DNA from: an uncultured Candidatus Saccharibacteria bacterium
Lineage (GTDB): Bacteria; Patescibacteriota; Minisyncoccia; Phycocordibacterales; UBA6899
DNA length: 61,356 bases
NCBI GenBank assembly: GCA_964386905.1
Contig: CAYLUP010000004.1
Span: forward strand, 1 to 61,356
Reading direction: 5' to 3'
The notes below the pieces were generated by a model, which saw nothing but the letters and a program-made list of their open reading frames with translations, made no database searches and was not told where the DNA came from. This document shows positions 38,485 to 47,705 of this stretch, one piece after another; within the stretch, counting starts at the first letter, position 1, and every line of letters begins with the position of its first letter. A program made the position numbers and the translations under genes.

Positions 38485-39440
38485 AATATATACACATCAT
38501 CCTCTTAATCTTGTTCATCCTTCCATATTCTGCCGAACAAGCAAGTCCTATACAGCTTAGAGTGCACGGAGAACCTACTCCGTACTCTTTTGTTTCCATT
38601 TTTGCTGAATCATCATTTCTTGATCTGACAAATACAACAATTGAATGGTCTGCTGATGGTGAACCAATCCATCAAGGAAAAGGTGCGGTAAAACAAGACA
38701 TCTTCCTTGAAGATCCTGGATACCCAAAAGAAATACGCGTGCGCGCAATTACATCACAAGGAGCGGTAGAAGAAACATTGATTATTCTTCCTGGTATTCT
38801 TGATGTTCTCTGGGAAGCACAAACAGTAACTCCACCATTCTTTCGTGGAAAAGCAATTCCAACAGATAGAAGTATTATTCGAGCAATGGCGATCCCATAT
38901 TGGGATAAGAGTATTCCACAAAAAGATATTTTCTTTTCTTGGAAAAAAGATTCTACCATTGCACTTTCAAAAACAAAGGAAATTGCTTCTACACAAATGA
39001 TTGGCGCATGGGAAGGGAAAACCTTAACCATTGACACAACAGCTGAATTTTCTGGTCATTCGCTCACAAAAAAAACAACAATACCAACCCAAAACGTCCG
39101 ACCTCTCTTTTACCGTATCCATCCTTTTACTGGAGTTGAAACAAAAAACACCCTCACAAATCAAGAATATATTCAATCTCCAACCCTCTCTCTCCTTGCT
39201 GTCCCATTTGGATTATCAATCGAGGATGCGAAAAAAAACAAGGTACTCTTCGAATGGAAAGTTAATTCGCAGACAATTGAACATGGAGTCGGTCTTCAAC
39301 ATAGTAGAATCACATTTGCGAAAAACGAACAAGAAAAGAATGGAACCATATCTATTTTTCTTAAAGTTCAAAACACAGTAAATGTTATGCAATATGGGGA
39401 AGCACATATTCAATGGAATACTAACTCAAATACACCATGA
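38481..39440 (+). CDS. Secreted beta-rich (Ig-like) hypothetical protein
   Basis: Signal peptide and WEAQTVTPPFFRGKAIP motif; overlaps the upstream stop. Confidence 0.78.
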   Translation: MKYIHIILLILFILPYSAEQASPIQLRVHGEPTPYSFVSIFAESSFLDLTNTTIEWSADGEPIHQGKGAVKQDIFLEDPGYPKEIRVRAITSQGAVEETLIILPGILDVLWEAQTVTPPFFRGKAIPTDRSIIRAMAIPYWDKSIPQKDIFFSWKKDSTIALSKTKEIASTQMIGAWEGKTLTIDTTAEFSGHSLTKKTTIPTQNVRPLFYRIHPFTGVETKNTLTNQEYIQSPTLSLLAVPFGLSIEDAKKNKVLFEWKVNSQTIEHGVGLQHSRITFAKNEQEKNGTISIFLKVQNTVNVMQYGEAHIQWNTNSNTP

Positions 39441-40669
39441 TTGATCACATTCCAACACAACACACCGAGCAACAAAAAAATATTCGAATTATTCTCCTTA
39501 TTCTCCTTGTTGTAGTGCTCAGTGTTGGTGTATCAGTGTTTATATGGAAAACACAAAAGAGTTCTCCATTGATCACTTCAACACCAATACAAGAATCGGG
39601 AGAAGGTTTGGCTAGTGAAGAAACACAAGAGACAAGCTCTTCAAGTGAAATTCTTGTACGCACACAAGATCCATATATTCAAATTTACACAGGAGACGTT
39701 GGGGGCTATACCCTCCTTGAAGATAACAAGATTCGTCTTTTTGATAAAAAGAAAGGATTTGTTGTTGATATACAACCAGGGGAAGAAAAAGAGACTCTCG
39801 TGAATGCAAACCCAATCTTATATACCCATGATGCATATTTTATTGACGAAAACAAACTCATTCTGCGATCTCTTGATGATAAAAATACAATTAAAACACA
39901 TCTCTATACAATACAAGCACTAGAAAAACAATCACTTCAAATACAAACCACCTTTTCAGATAATGTGCGAGAAATAGCAATCAGTCCCAACAAGAAATAT
40001 ATCGCATTGCTCATACAGGAAGAAACAGGATCAAAGGTAGATGTTGTTGATATAGAAAAAGAAAAAATTACAACACTATTTCGATCTCCTCTTCAAGAAT
40101 GGATACCAAGCATAAACAATGAACAGGAAATTGTGTTAACCGCAAAGGCTGCATCATTTGCACAAAGTGGTGTGTACGTGATACAAAATAACTCACTCCG
40201 TACTTTTGTACGCGCTGAAAATGCCCTTACTGCCTCTCTTTCCCCAAATCACACATATATATTCTCCACACGCCCAACCGGAACATGGTCTCCAAAAATA
40301 CACTCACTTTTCCGAGATAATCCAACAGAAACAGCAGTATCCATAAACCTCTCGACAATCGCTGATAAATGCGCCTGGTCAAAAGATGAAAAAACTCTTT
40401 CATGTGGAGAACCTATTACCCCACAAGAAGAAGTGTTTATTGATAAGTGGTATCTTGGAGACATGTTTAGTGCCGACATTATCGCACAATACACGATTGG
40501 GTCAGAAAGACCTTACAGAATACTTTCTGAATCATTCATGAAACAAAAGATAGATATCACGCAAGTACAGCATCATGACACGACACAAAATGTATATTTT
40601 GTAGACAAGAAAACAGGAAACCTGTGGATGGTTACCAATAAACCCATTGATACTCATGAACAAGAATAG
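39437..40669 (+). CDS. Membrane-anchored beta-propeller-like protein
   Basis: Single N-terminal TM segment; repeated ISP/WS blade-like motifs (ISPNKKYIA, LSPNHTYI, CAWSKD). Confidence 0.75.
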   Translation: MIDHIPTQHTEQQKNIRIILLILLVVVLSVGVSVFIWKTQKSSPLITSTPIQESGEGLASEETQETSSSSEILVRTQDPYIQIYTGDVGGYTLLEDNKIRLFDKKKGFVVDIQPGEEKETLVNANPILYTHDAYFIDENKLILRSLDDKNTIKTHLYTIQALEKQSLQIQTTFSDNVREIAISPNKKYIALLIQEETGSKVDVVDIEKEKITTLFRSPLQEWIPSINNEQEIVLTAKAASFAQSGVYVIQNNSLRTFVRAENALTASLSPNHTYIFSTRPTGTWSPKIHSLFRDNPTETAVSINLSTIADKCAWSKDEKTLSCGEPITPQEEVFIDKWYLGDMFSADIIAQYTIGSERPYRILSESFMKQKIDITQVQHHDTTQNVYFVDKKTGNLWMVTNKPIDTHEQE

Positions 40670-42305
40670 AAAAATCTCATTATTACTTCTGGGGATTGCA
40701 TGCACTCTTGTTTTACAAACACTTCCACATCACAGCGAGGCACAAACAACACCACAAAACACAGGAAACACACACACCGTATCTGTTCCCCCAAGTGAAT
40801 CGCTTGGAACAGCCAATACGCATGCATATTATCAATTTATTGCTCCGATCGAACCACTTATAGAAGGAATCACAATCGCATCACCAGATGGAACAAAACA
40901 GTATTCTGATGTCTCACGAGATGACGCACTCCAACAATATCTTCGAGCATGGTTTAAATTTCTCATAGGAATTGCAGGAATTATTGGAGTGATTCGCTTA
41001 GTATTTTCTGGTTTCTCAATCATTCTTGGATCCTCGAAGCCCGGTGTATACTCGAAAGCAAAAGACGAACTTACATCCATCATTCTCTCTTTGTTAATCA
41101 TTGCTGCATCCTGGATTTTCCTCAACACAATAAACCCGCGGCTTGTTGACACAAATCTTCTTATTGAGGTTGCAACAACGACACCAGCAGAACTCACAAT
41201 CGCACCAGAACCCTCAGCACCAGGATGGTATTTTAAGTATCAATTCAAAAAATCTGGATATATTCGTTATAGTGGCCCATATAAAACAAACGAGGGTGAG
41301 AATAACGAAAACTTAAAAATCATGTATCTTACACAACGGACCATAATGGATTCTGTGGGTGATAGTCTTGCTATGATGACAATGGGGGCATCAAAACTTG
41401 CTGAAGGACCTATCAAAGACATGCTGATTTCTGGGACCGTTGGATGTCCATATGAAAGAGAATTTTATGTAAAAAATCGCCCCTCTCTTAATCCACTAAA
41501 ACTCTTACGTGAGGACGTCGAAGTATTGACTCCGTGTGAATGGTTTCCCAAAGGGAAACCTGCATTGAACCCAGATGGTACTCCTGTTTCAGAATATGGA
41601 TCCCCTGGTTTCAATTATTCAAAAGCAGAAGACGACAATCGAGCACTATTTAATAATAGTGGAATCCTAATAAATAAAAATGCGTGTCCAACGCCAAATG
41701 CAACCGATTGTACTACTGTTGGAAACCTTGATGCGCAATCCCTTCTCACACATTTCAAGAAACTTGCTCAAACGGGTGGTTTTGAAAATTTATGTCAACT
41801 CGAATCAAAAAATTGCCCTATCGTTATTACTGGTGGGGGAGAGGCTGGACATAAAACACATGGGGGTCCATATACACTCGACATACGAAAGAATACAGAA
41901 TACGTAGAAAAAACACTCCTGAATAATGCTCTTGCAATTGCTCCAGGATTAAATGCGGGATCACCACGGTATTATTTTGATGGATACTGGTATAACGATG
42001 AAAGAGCAAGTGGTGTAACCCCACATTTCCACATATGTAAAACACAACCCCCAATACGACAGGGAGAACTCAGTAATACTCGTCTCTGTGGAACAGTATG
42101 GGCACCAGACAAAGTCAAAGACCGAAGAGAGCTCGAATGTGTACGGAACCCCCAAAATGAAAATCAATGGCTCTGTCGATCAAAAGACTATAAAACAGTA
42201 TGTCCACTTCCTGTCTGTAAAACTCCAGAAATATGGGAAAATTCTGGAACAAACAAAAATGCACCACCGATTGAAACAAAGCTTTTGAAGGATATTATCC
42301 AATAA
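40656..42305 (+). CDS. T4SS pilin (TrbC/VirB2-like) domain fused to a putative M15-type peptidase
   Basis: YL..WFKFLIGIAGIIGVIRLVFSG...KAKDELTSIILSLLII.ASW.FLNTINP pilin pattern; C-terminal HKTHGGPYTLD (H-x6-D) and PHFH. Confidence 0.7.
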   Translation: MNKNRKISLLLLGIACTLVLQTLPHHSEAQTTPQNTGNTHTVSVPPSESLGTANTHAYYQFIAPIEPLIEGITIASPDGTKQYSDVSRDDALQQYLRAWFKFLIGIAGIIGVIRLVFSGFSIILGSSKPGVYSKAKDELTSIILSLLIIAASWIFLNTINPRLVDTNLLIEVATTTPAELTIAPEPSAPGWYFKYQFKKSGYIRYSGPYKTNEGENNENLKIMYLTQRTIMDSVGDSLAMMTMGASKLAEGPIKDMLISGTVGCPYEREFYVKNRPSLNPLKLLREDVEVLTPCEWFPKGKPALNPDGTPVSEYGSPGFNYSKAEDDNRALFNNSGILINKNACPTPNATDCTTVGNLDAQSLLTHFKKLAQTGGFENLCQLESKNCPIVITGGGEAGHKTHGGPYTLDIRKNTEYVEKTLLNNALAIAPGLNAGSPRYYFDGYWYNDERASGVTPHFHICKTQPPIRQGELSNTRLCGTVWAPDKVKDRRELECVRNPQNENQWLCRSKDYKTVCPLPVCKTPEIWENSGTNKNAPPIETKLLKDIIQ

Positions 42306-42330
42306 AAAACCTCCGAATGGAGGTTTTTTT
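42304..42330. terminator. Bidirectional terminator
   Basis: AAAAAACCTCC-GAAT-GGAGGTTTTTT between convergent genes. Confidence 0.75.
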
Positions 42331-42334
42331 ATTT

Positions 42335-42805
42335 TTAGAGGTGGAGTTCTTCTTTTGGTTTACATTGAATGACCACATGTCGTTGCATTCCTACTCCTTC
42401 GGATTGAGTAGAAATATCCGACATATGTGCAAGTGCCGCATGGACAATCAAACGATCATAAGGATTCATGGGGTCGAGGTGTACTGGTGTTCCAAAGAAA
42501 CGTGCGCGCTCTGCATAAATCTTGGCCATATCTGAAAGTTTTCTCTTGTGCGATGCAGCATATCCGCCAATATCAATATGAAATGTTGTTGGAAGATTTT
42601 TTTGTTCGGCAATACGTTTCGCAATATAGTTTATTGCTTGAAGTCGTGTTCCACCTTCTCCAATAAGCATTTTATTTTCTTGTGTTTCAACAATAAACAG
42701 TATTCCACCAGAAACATCATCTTCGGTCTGAAAATCAAGAATAGTTCCACCAAGTTTTTCAATAAGTGTTTTAACGATATCTTGTATTGTTTCTTGCTGT
42801 TCCAT
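42335..42805 (-). CDS. jag: Jag/KhpB-like RNA-binding protein (KH + R3H), lacking the N-terminal Jag domain
   Basis: LIGEGGTRLQAINY and MNPYDRLIVHAAL...SEGVGMQRHVVI; downstream of yidC. Confidence 0.88.
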   Translation of the reverse strand: MEQQETIQDIVKTLIEKLGGTILDFQTEDDVSGGILFIVETQENKMLIGEGGTRLQAINYIAKRIAEQKNLPTTFHIDIGGYAASHKRKLSDMAKIYAERARFFGTPVHLDPMNPYDRLIVHAALAHMSDISTQSEGVGMQRHVVIQCKPKEELHL

Positions 42806-42816
42806 AGATTGATATA

Positions 42817-43548
42817 TTATGCCTTCTTTTCAAATTTTGTGACCCACACCTCTTGTCCAATACTAAATACATTACTCGTTACCCAATACAATGCAACTGC
42901 TCCAGGAAGATTTGCGGCGGTAAAACCAAGAATAACAGGAAGCATGTATCGCATATTCAACTGCATGGATTGTTGAAAATCTTCCGCAAACGTTGGTTTT
43001 TCACCATCTTTTTTCACTTCTTTTATTGGTTTCCCTAAAGAAAGTCGTGTTGTTGCATATTGTGTAACAGCAACAAGAACTGCAAGGACAAGACTTTTTG
43101 CTGTTAGGTCTAAACCGAGAAATGCCATATTTGGAACAAATGTGCTTGGGACAAATGCATAGAGAAGATCAGTATTTACTGTTCCAACACCTTTTAAGAC
43201 AAAGAACAATGTTGAGATAATAGGAATCTGAATAAGCAAAGGGAGACACCCACTCATTGGAGAAATTTTTTCTTTCTTATACAACTCCATTGTTGCAACC
43301 GCTTGTTGACTTCTGTCATCCTTAAACTTTTCTTTAATTGCCTTCAGTTCGGGCTCTATCTTTTTCATTGCCCGTTGTGCACGAATAGATTTCAGTGTAA
43401 GAGGGTAAATTGCGAATCGAACAAGAATTGTCAGCATAATAACCGCAACTCCAACATAATGACCCGGAGAAAAAGCAAGAAGAATAAAAAACGCATTATA
43501 TATTGGGGTATACACCAACGTCGTCCATAAAGTTTTCATGTTGCTCAA
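42817..43548 (-). CDS. yidC: Membrane protein insertase YidC/Oxa1
   Basis: AVIMLTILVRFAIYPL, SPMSGCLPLLIQIP and LYWVTSNVFSIGQ. Confidence 0.95.
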   Translation of the reverse strand: MSNMKTLWTTLVYTPIYNAFFILLAFSPGHYVGVAVIMLTILVRFAIYPLTLKSIRAQRAMKKIEPELKAIKEKFKDDRSQQAVATMELYKKEKISPMSGCLPLLIQIPIISTLFFVLKGVGTVNTDLLYAFVPSTFVPNMAFLGLDLTAKSLVLAVLVAVTQYATTRLSLGKPIKEVKKDGEKPTFAEDFQQSMQLNMRYMLPVILGFTAANLPGAVALYWVTSNVFSIGQEVWVTKFEKKA

Positions 43549-43668
43549 ATAGTATCAGAAATAGGGGATTAGGGAAATAGTCTTTCTCTTTATCTTATAT
43601 AGGTGTTTTTCATGAAAAACAAAGAAACTCTTGCTTTTTTTGCAAAAATGTTATAAAGTACACACACT

Positions 43669-43806
43669 ATGTCTCAAACGTATCAGCCAAAGAAGCTCAA
43701 GCGCGTACGTACCCACGGTTTCCTTGCACGCAAGGCAACTGCAACTGGTCGTAAAATCCTCGCTGCACGACGTGCACAAGGACGAAAGCGTTTGGTTACT
43801 GTATAA
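43669..43806 (+). CDS. rpmH: 50S ribosomal protein L34
   Basis: Manual translation [45 protein letters not shown]; too short for the supplied ORF track. Confidence 0.97.
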   Translation: MSQTYQPKKLKRVRTHGFLARKATATGRKILAARRAQGRKRLVTV

Positions 43807-43874
43807 CACAGGAGAAAACCCCAATATTATTGGGGTTTTCTTTATTTTTCCTTATTTCTCTCTATAATACATAT

Positions 43875-44222
43875 ATGCTTCCACAATCCTACCGTATCCC
43901 AAGACGATCATTCCCTCATCCACAGACAAAAATGCGTACTTGGTTAGGAACCGTATTGAAAATTCGCTCATATAAAGGAGAGGAATCTACATTTCACACA
44001 GCTATTATCACCTCAAAAAAAACATACACCACAAAACCTGAACGCAACCTCTTTAAACGTCGTGTGTGTGCAGCTCTACAAAAGCACCTTCACAAAAGCA
44101 CTCATGTTCCTTGTGATTATGTATTAGTATTTCCACTTATCCACACAAAAGATATTTCGTTTTCTCAGATTGAAAAAGATATAGCGAACTATTTTTCATC
44201 CTCCTTTACAAAAAAAGTATGA
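43875..44222 (+). CDS. rnpA: Ribonuclease P protein component
   Basis: MLPQSYRI...IITSKK...ERNLFKRRV (RNR-like motif); directly after rpmH. Confidence 0.85.
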   Translation: MLPQSYRIPRRSFPHPQTKMRTWLGTVLKIRSYKGEESTFHTAIITSKKTYTTKPERNLFKRRVCAALQKHLHKSTHVPCDYVLVFPLIHTKDISFSQIEKDIANYFSSSFTKKV

Positions 44223-44431
44223 AACGAATGATTCGTATTTATCAATACCTTCTTTCTCCAGATAAGGGGGTATTCTCACTTGGAAGAAGAACGTGTGCAA
44301 TGCACCCAACATGCTCTGAATACATGGAACAGTCTATTGAAAAATATGGCTTATTAAAAGGATTTTTAAGAGGGATCCGAAGAATAGGGAGGTGTCATCC
44401 ATGGCAAAAAAACCTTATCGATCTCCCATAG
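44219..44431 (+). CDS. yidD: Membrane protein insertion efficiency factor YidD
   Basis: IRIYQYLLSP...CAMHPTCSEY...G..RIGRCHPW. Confidence 0.93.
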   Translation: MKRMIRIYQYLLSPDKGVFSLGRRTCAMHPTCSEYMEQSIEKYGLLKGFLRGIRRIGRCHPWQKNLIDLP

Positions 44432-44666
44432 AAAATATATATATAAAAAAATGCACAATTCTTATCGTGGTATTCCATAAAAAATGAGTTGTGTTTTTTT
44501 GTATCACCGAAACACATTCGTCAACATTGTATTCTGCAAGCCTTTCACGTATGCTTCAAGTCAACACATTATCCACAGAGTTATGAACAGTTTTCATTGT
44601 GGCGTAAATCACTTTCTCTCGGCTATAATGTGCTCACGTTAGACGGGTTTAACAATTTTTTAGCTT
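44432..44666. promoter_or_regulatory. dnaA upstream region with DnaA boxes (oriC candidate part 1)
   Basis: Perfect TTATCCACA at 44569-44577 and TTATGAACA at 44581-44589. Confidence 0.55.
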
Positions 44667-46052
44667 ATGAATATGGAGACAAAGGAATTGTGGACACGCG
44701 CTCTTATTGATATTGAACTTGAAGTTTCTCCAGCAAACTTTACAACATGGTTCAAAAACACAAAGATCACGCGTATTGAGCAGGGTACTGCTTTTGTGGG
44801 CACAACAAATGAATTTGCACGGGATTGGCTCGCAAATAAATACAATTCAACAATTCTTCGCATCCTCCGAAATATCTCTCCAGATATTCGTTCAGTAGAA
44901 TTTGTTATCGCAAAAAATATCACACCAAACCAACCAGGAAGGGATATTCAATTTGATAAAACGGATTTTTCTCCAAAATCACGACAGTCTTCATATAATA
45001 TGGGATCCGAACTCCCTCTTAATGAAGCGTATGTAAGTAGGGAGGATGGTTTAAACCCTCGATATACATTTGATAATTTCATTACTGGTCCATTTAACGA
45101 ACTCGCTTTTGCAGCAGCACAAGCAGTGCTTCGGAAACCGGGTATTATGTACAATCCGTTTTATGTCTACGGACAAACCGGTATTGGAAAAACCCACCTC
45201 ACTCAAGCAATAGGGAATGGGATCAAGAAGAGTTTTCCAGGGAAACGCATTCAGTATATTAGCTCTGAGCGTTTTGCAAATGATTATGTTTCTGCTGTTC
45301 AATCAGGAAAAACAGCAGAGTTTAAAGAGCGGTATCGTAAACATGATGTGCTTATCATGGACGATATTCAATTCTTTGCAGGAAAAGAAAAAACACAAGA
45401 AGAGCTTTTTCATTTATACGAAGCACTTCATGGGAATAATAAACAAATTATTTTCTCCTCAGATAGACATCCAAATTATATTAACGGCCTAGAAGATCGT
45501 TTAAAATCTCGTTTTGGTGCTGGAATGATTGTTGAAATAGCACTCCCAGATTTTGAGACACGACTTGCTATTCTTCGTGAAAAAACACGTCAACAAGGGG
45601 TTATTTTAAGTGATGATATCCTTACATATGTTGCGGAAACAATCCAAACATCAGTCCGCGAGCTTGAGGGGACATTAAACCTTGTTATATGCCAAGCACA
45701 ACTCAAACAGCGTGAATTAAGCCTCCTAGACATCAAATCACTCATTAAAAACAATACAAAACCAACAAAACCAGTATCAATTAAAGATATTGTGCGTGTT
45801 ATTTCTGGTTTTTATAACATTGATGAGAGGTATATTTATGAAAAAACACGAAGAAAAGAAGTTGTTCGACCAAGACAGATTCTTATGTTTATCCTTCGTG
45901 AAGATTTTAATATTTCATACCCACTTATTGGTCAAAAATTAGGGGGGAGGGATCATACTACAGTGATCCATAGTTGTGAGAAAGTAAAAACAGATATCAA
46001 AAGTGATAGTATTTTAATGCAAGAAATTGAACAAATTCGCGCATTATTCTAA
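44667..46052 (+). CDS. dnaA: Chromosomal replication initiator DnaA
   Basis: LNPRYTFDNF, YNPFYVYGQTGIGKTHL, DDIQF, RLKSRF and GGRDHTTVIHS. Confidence 0.98.
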   Translation: MNMETKELWTRALIDIELEVSPANFTTWFKNTKITRIEQGTAFVGTTNEFARDWLANKYNSTILRILRNISPDIRSVEFVIAKNITPNQPGRDIQFDKTDFSPKSRQSSYNMGSELPLNEAYVSREDGLNPRYTFDNFITGPFNELAFAAAQAVLRKPGIMYNPFYVYGQTGIGKTHLTQAIGNGIKKSFPGKRIQYISSERFANDYVSAVQSGKTAEFKERYRKHDVLIMDDIQFFAGKEKTQEELFHLYEALHGNNKQIIFSSDRHPNYINGLEDRLKSRFGAGMIVEIALPDFETRLAILREKTRQQGVILSDDILTYVAETIQTSVRELEGTLNLVICQAQLKQRELSLLDIKSLIKNNTKPTKPVSIKDIVRVISGFYNIDERYIYEKTRRKEVVRPRQILMFILREDFNISYPLIGQKLGGRDHTTVIHSCEKVKTDIKSDSILMQEIEQIRALF

Positions 46053-46460
46053 AAACATAGGTAAAACCTATGTTTTTTGTTTCGATACATCTTATTGTGC
46101 ATCCTTTTTATATAGAATACAGTGTATGTTGTTCGGAGTATTATATGAAGAATAGGTGAATAGTATTTTTATTTCTTAAATCTTGAATCATAAATCATTC
46201 TTCTCTTCATACTATCAATGTGGATTATGTGTGGAAACCTCGGGTAAAACTGTGGGTTTCCACGTGGGTAAAAGTAAGGTATTCTTGAAAGGTAGGTGGG
46301 GATGAAAATGGTGATACATGTTACATCTGGGGATATCTTCAATTGGTTCGTTTTTTACCCACAGAGAGTATTCCTGTGAAACATAAACTTTGCTTGATAA
46401 AATCATCATCATCCACATACCCACAGGTCTCTTAATAATAATGTATTTATATATAAAGAT
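46053..46460. promoter_or_regulatory. dnaA-dnaN intergenic AT-rich region (oriC candidate part 2)
   Basis: ~400 bp AT-rich spacer with degenerate boxes (TGTGGATTA 46219-46227, TTACCCACA 46355-46363, others near 46410-46427). Confidence 0.5.
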
Positions 46461-47564
46461 ATGAAGCTCGAATGTGTAAAACTGAATTTGAAAGACGCTC
46501 TTCTTACTGCTGAACGTTTTACAGCGAAGCAAGCAACACTCCCTGTGTTGCGTTACGTTCTTCTTATTGCAAACAATACATCTCTTCGTCTCCGAGCAAC
46601 AAACCTTGATCTTGGTATTGAAATAGAGCTTCCTGCACGCGTAGAAAGAGAGGGTGTTCTAGCAATACCCGCTGATACACTCGGAGCATTTTTAAATAAC
46701 CTTCCACAAGAGCGCAATGTAACCCTAGAACAAGTTGGAGAGCATTTAACAATTACTGGAGATAAATACTCAACACTAATTAAGAGTTATGGATACGAGG
46801 ACTTCCCAACACTTCCGTTTATGGAAAAAGGGTCTCACGTTACCATTCCTTCAAAAAACCTTATTGCAGCTTTTAAATCAACACAATATGCAGCCGCTAT
46901 TTCTGATATAAAACCAGAATTTGCTTCTGTTTTAGTAACCATTGATCATAATACGTTATATTTCGTTGCAACAGATTCTTCCCGCCTTGCGGAGAAGAAA
47001 ATTCCGCTCAAAACTATACCTGACGAAGAGTTTCGTGTTCTTATTCCATCAAAAAATGTTACTGAAATTACCCGTGCACTTGATGGTATTGAAGAAGATG
47101 TTCATGTGTTTTATTCAAAAACACAACTTACTCTTGTGTGTGGTTCAATGAAGCTCACAACACGTCTTATTGATGGGATATTTCCTGATTATTATCAGAT
47201 TATTCCAAAAACAATTACAACTGAGGCGACAATGTTGAAGCAGGATTTAACAGAGCGATTAAAACTGACAACAGTGTTTTCTGGAAAGCTTCAACAGGTT
47301 CGCGTAAAGATATACCCACAAGAAGGAGTGTTTGAGGTAGAAGCAAAGAATGATGAGGTTGGTGAAACATCACAACAGATTGAATCTGTCCTTTCTGGTG
47401 AACCTGTTGAGTATTTACTCAACACTCGATATATTAATGATGTTCTTGGGGTTATTCCTTCAGATTCTCTTGTGTTTAAATGTGCAGGTCCAGGGAGGCC
47501 GATTATTATTGAAGGTGTTGGGGATGGGTCATTTCGATATCTTTTAATGCCAATGAGAGGGTAG
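46461..47564 (+). CDS. dnaN: DNA polymerase III beta clamp
   Basis: ATNLDLGI, VATDSSRLA, RLIDGIFPDY and FRYLLMPMR. Confidence 0.97.
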   Translation: MKLECVKLNLKDALLTAERFTAKQATLPVLRYVLLIANNTSLRLRATNLDLGIEIELPARVEREGVLAIPADTLGAFLNNLPQERNVTLEQVGEHLTITGDKYSTLIKSYGYEDFPTLPFMEKGSHVTIPSKNLIAAFKSTQYAAAISDIKPEFASVLVTIDHNTLYFVATDSSRLAEKKIPLKTIPDEEFRVLIPSKNVTEITRALDGIEEDVHVFYSKTQLTLVCGSMKLTTRLIDGIFPDYYQIIPKTITTEATMLKQDLTERLKLTTVFSGKLQQVRVKIYPQEGVFEVEAKNDEVGETSQQIESVLSGEPVEYLLNTRYINDVLGVIPSDSLVFKCAGPGRPIIIEGVGDGSFRYLLMPMRG

Positions 47565-47705
47565 AAAATTTGAGATCTACGATTTATGATTTAAGAAGAA
47601 TGAATAAAAAATGGCTTTGCCATTTTTTTATTTCATATCAATGATTCATACTACCTTATTATTCTTGCTTTCATTAGTGATATAATGTAAAACAGTTACA
47701 TTCCT

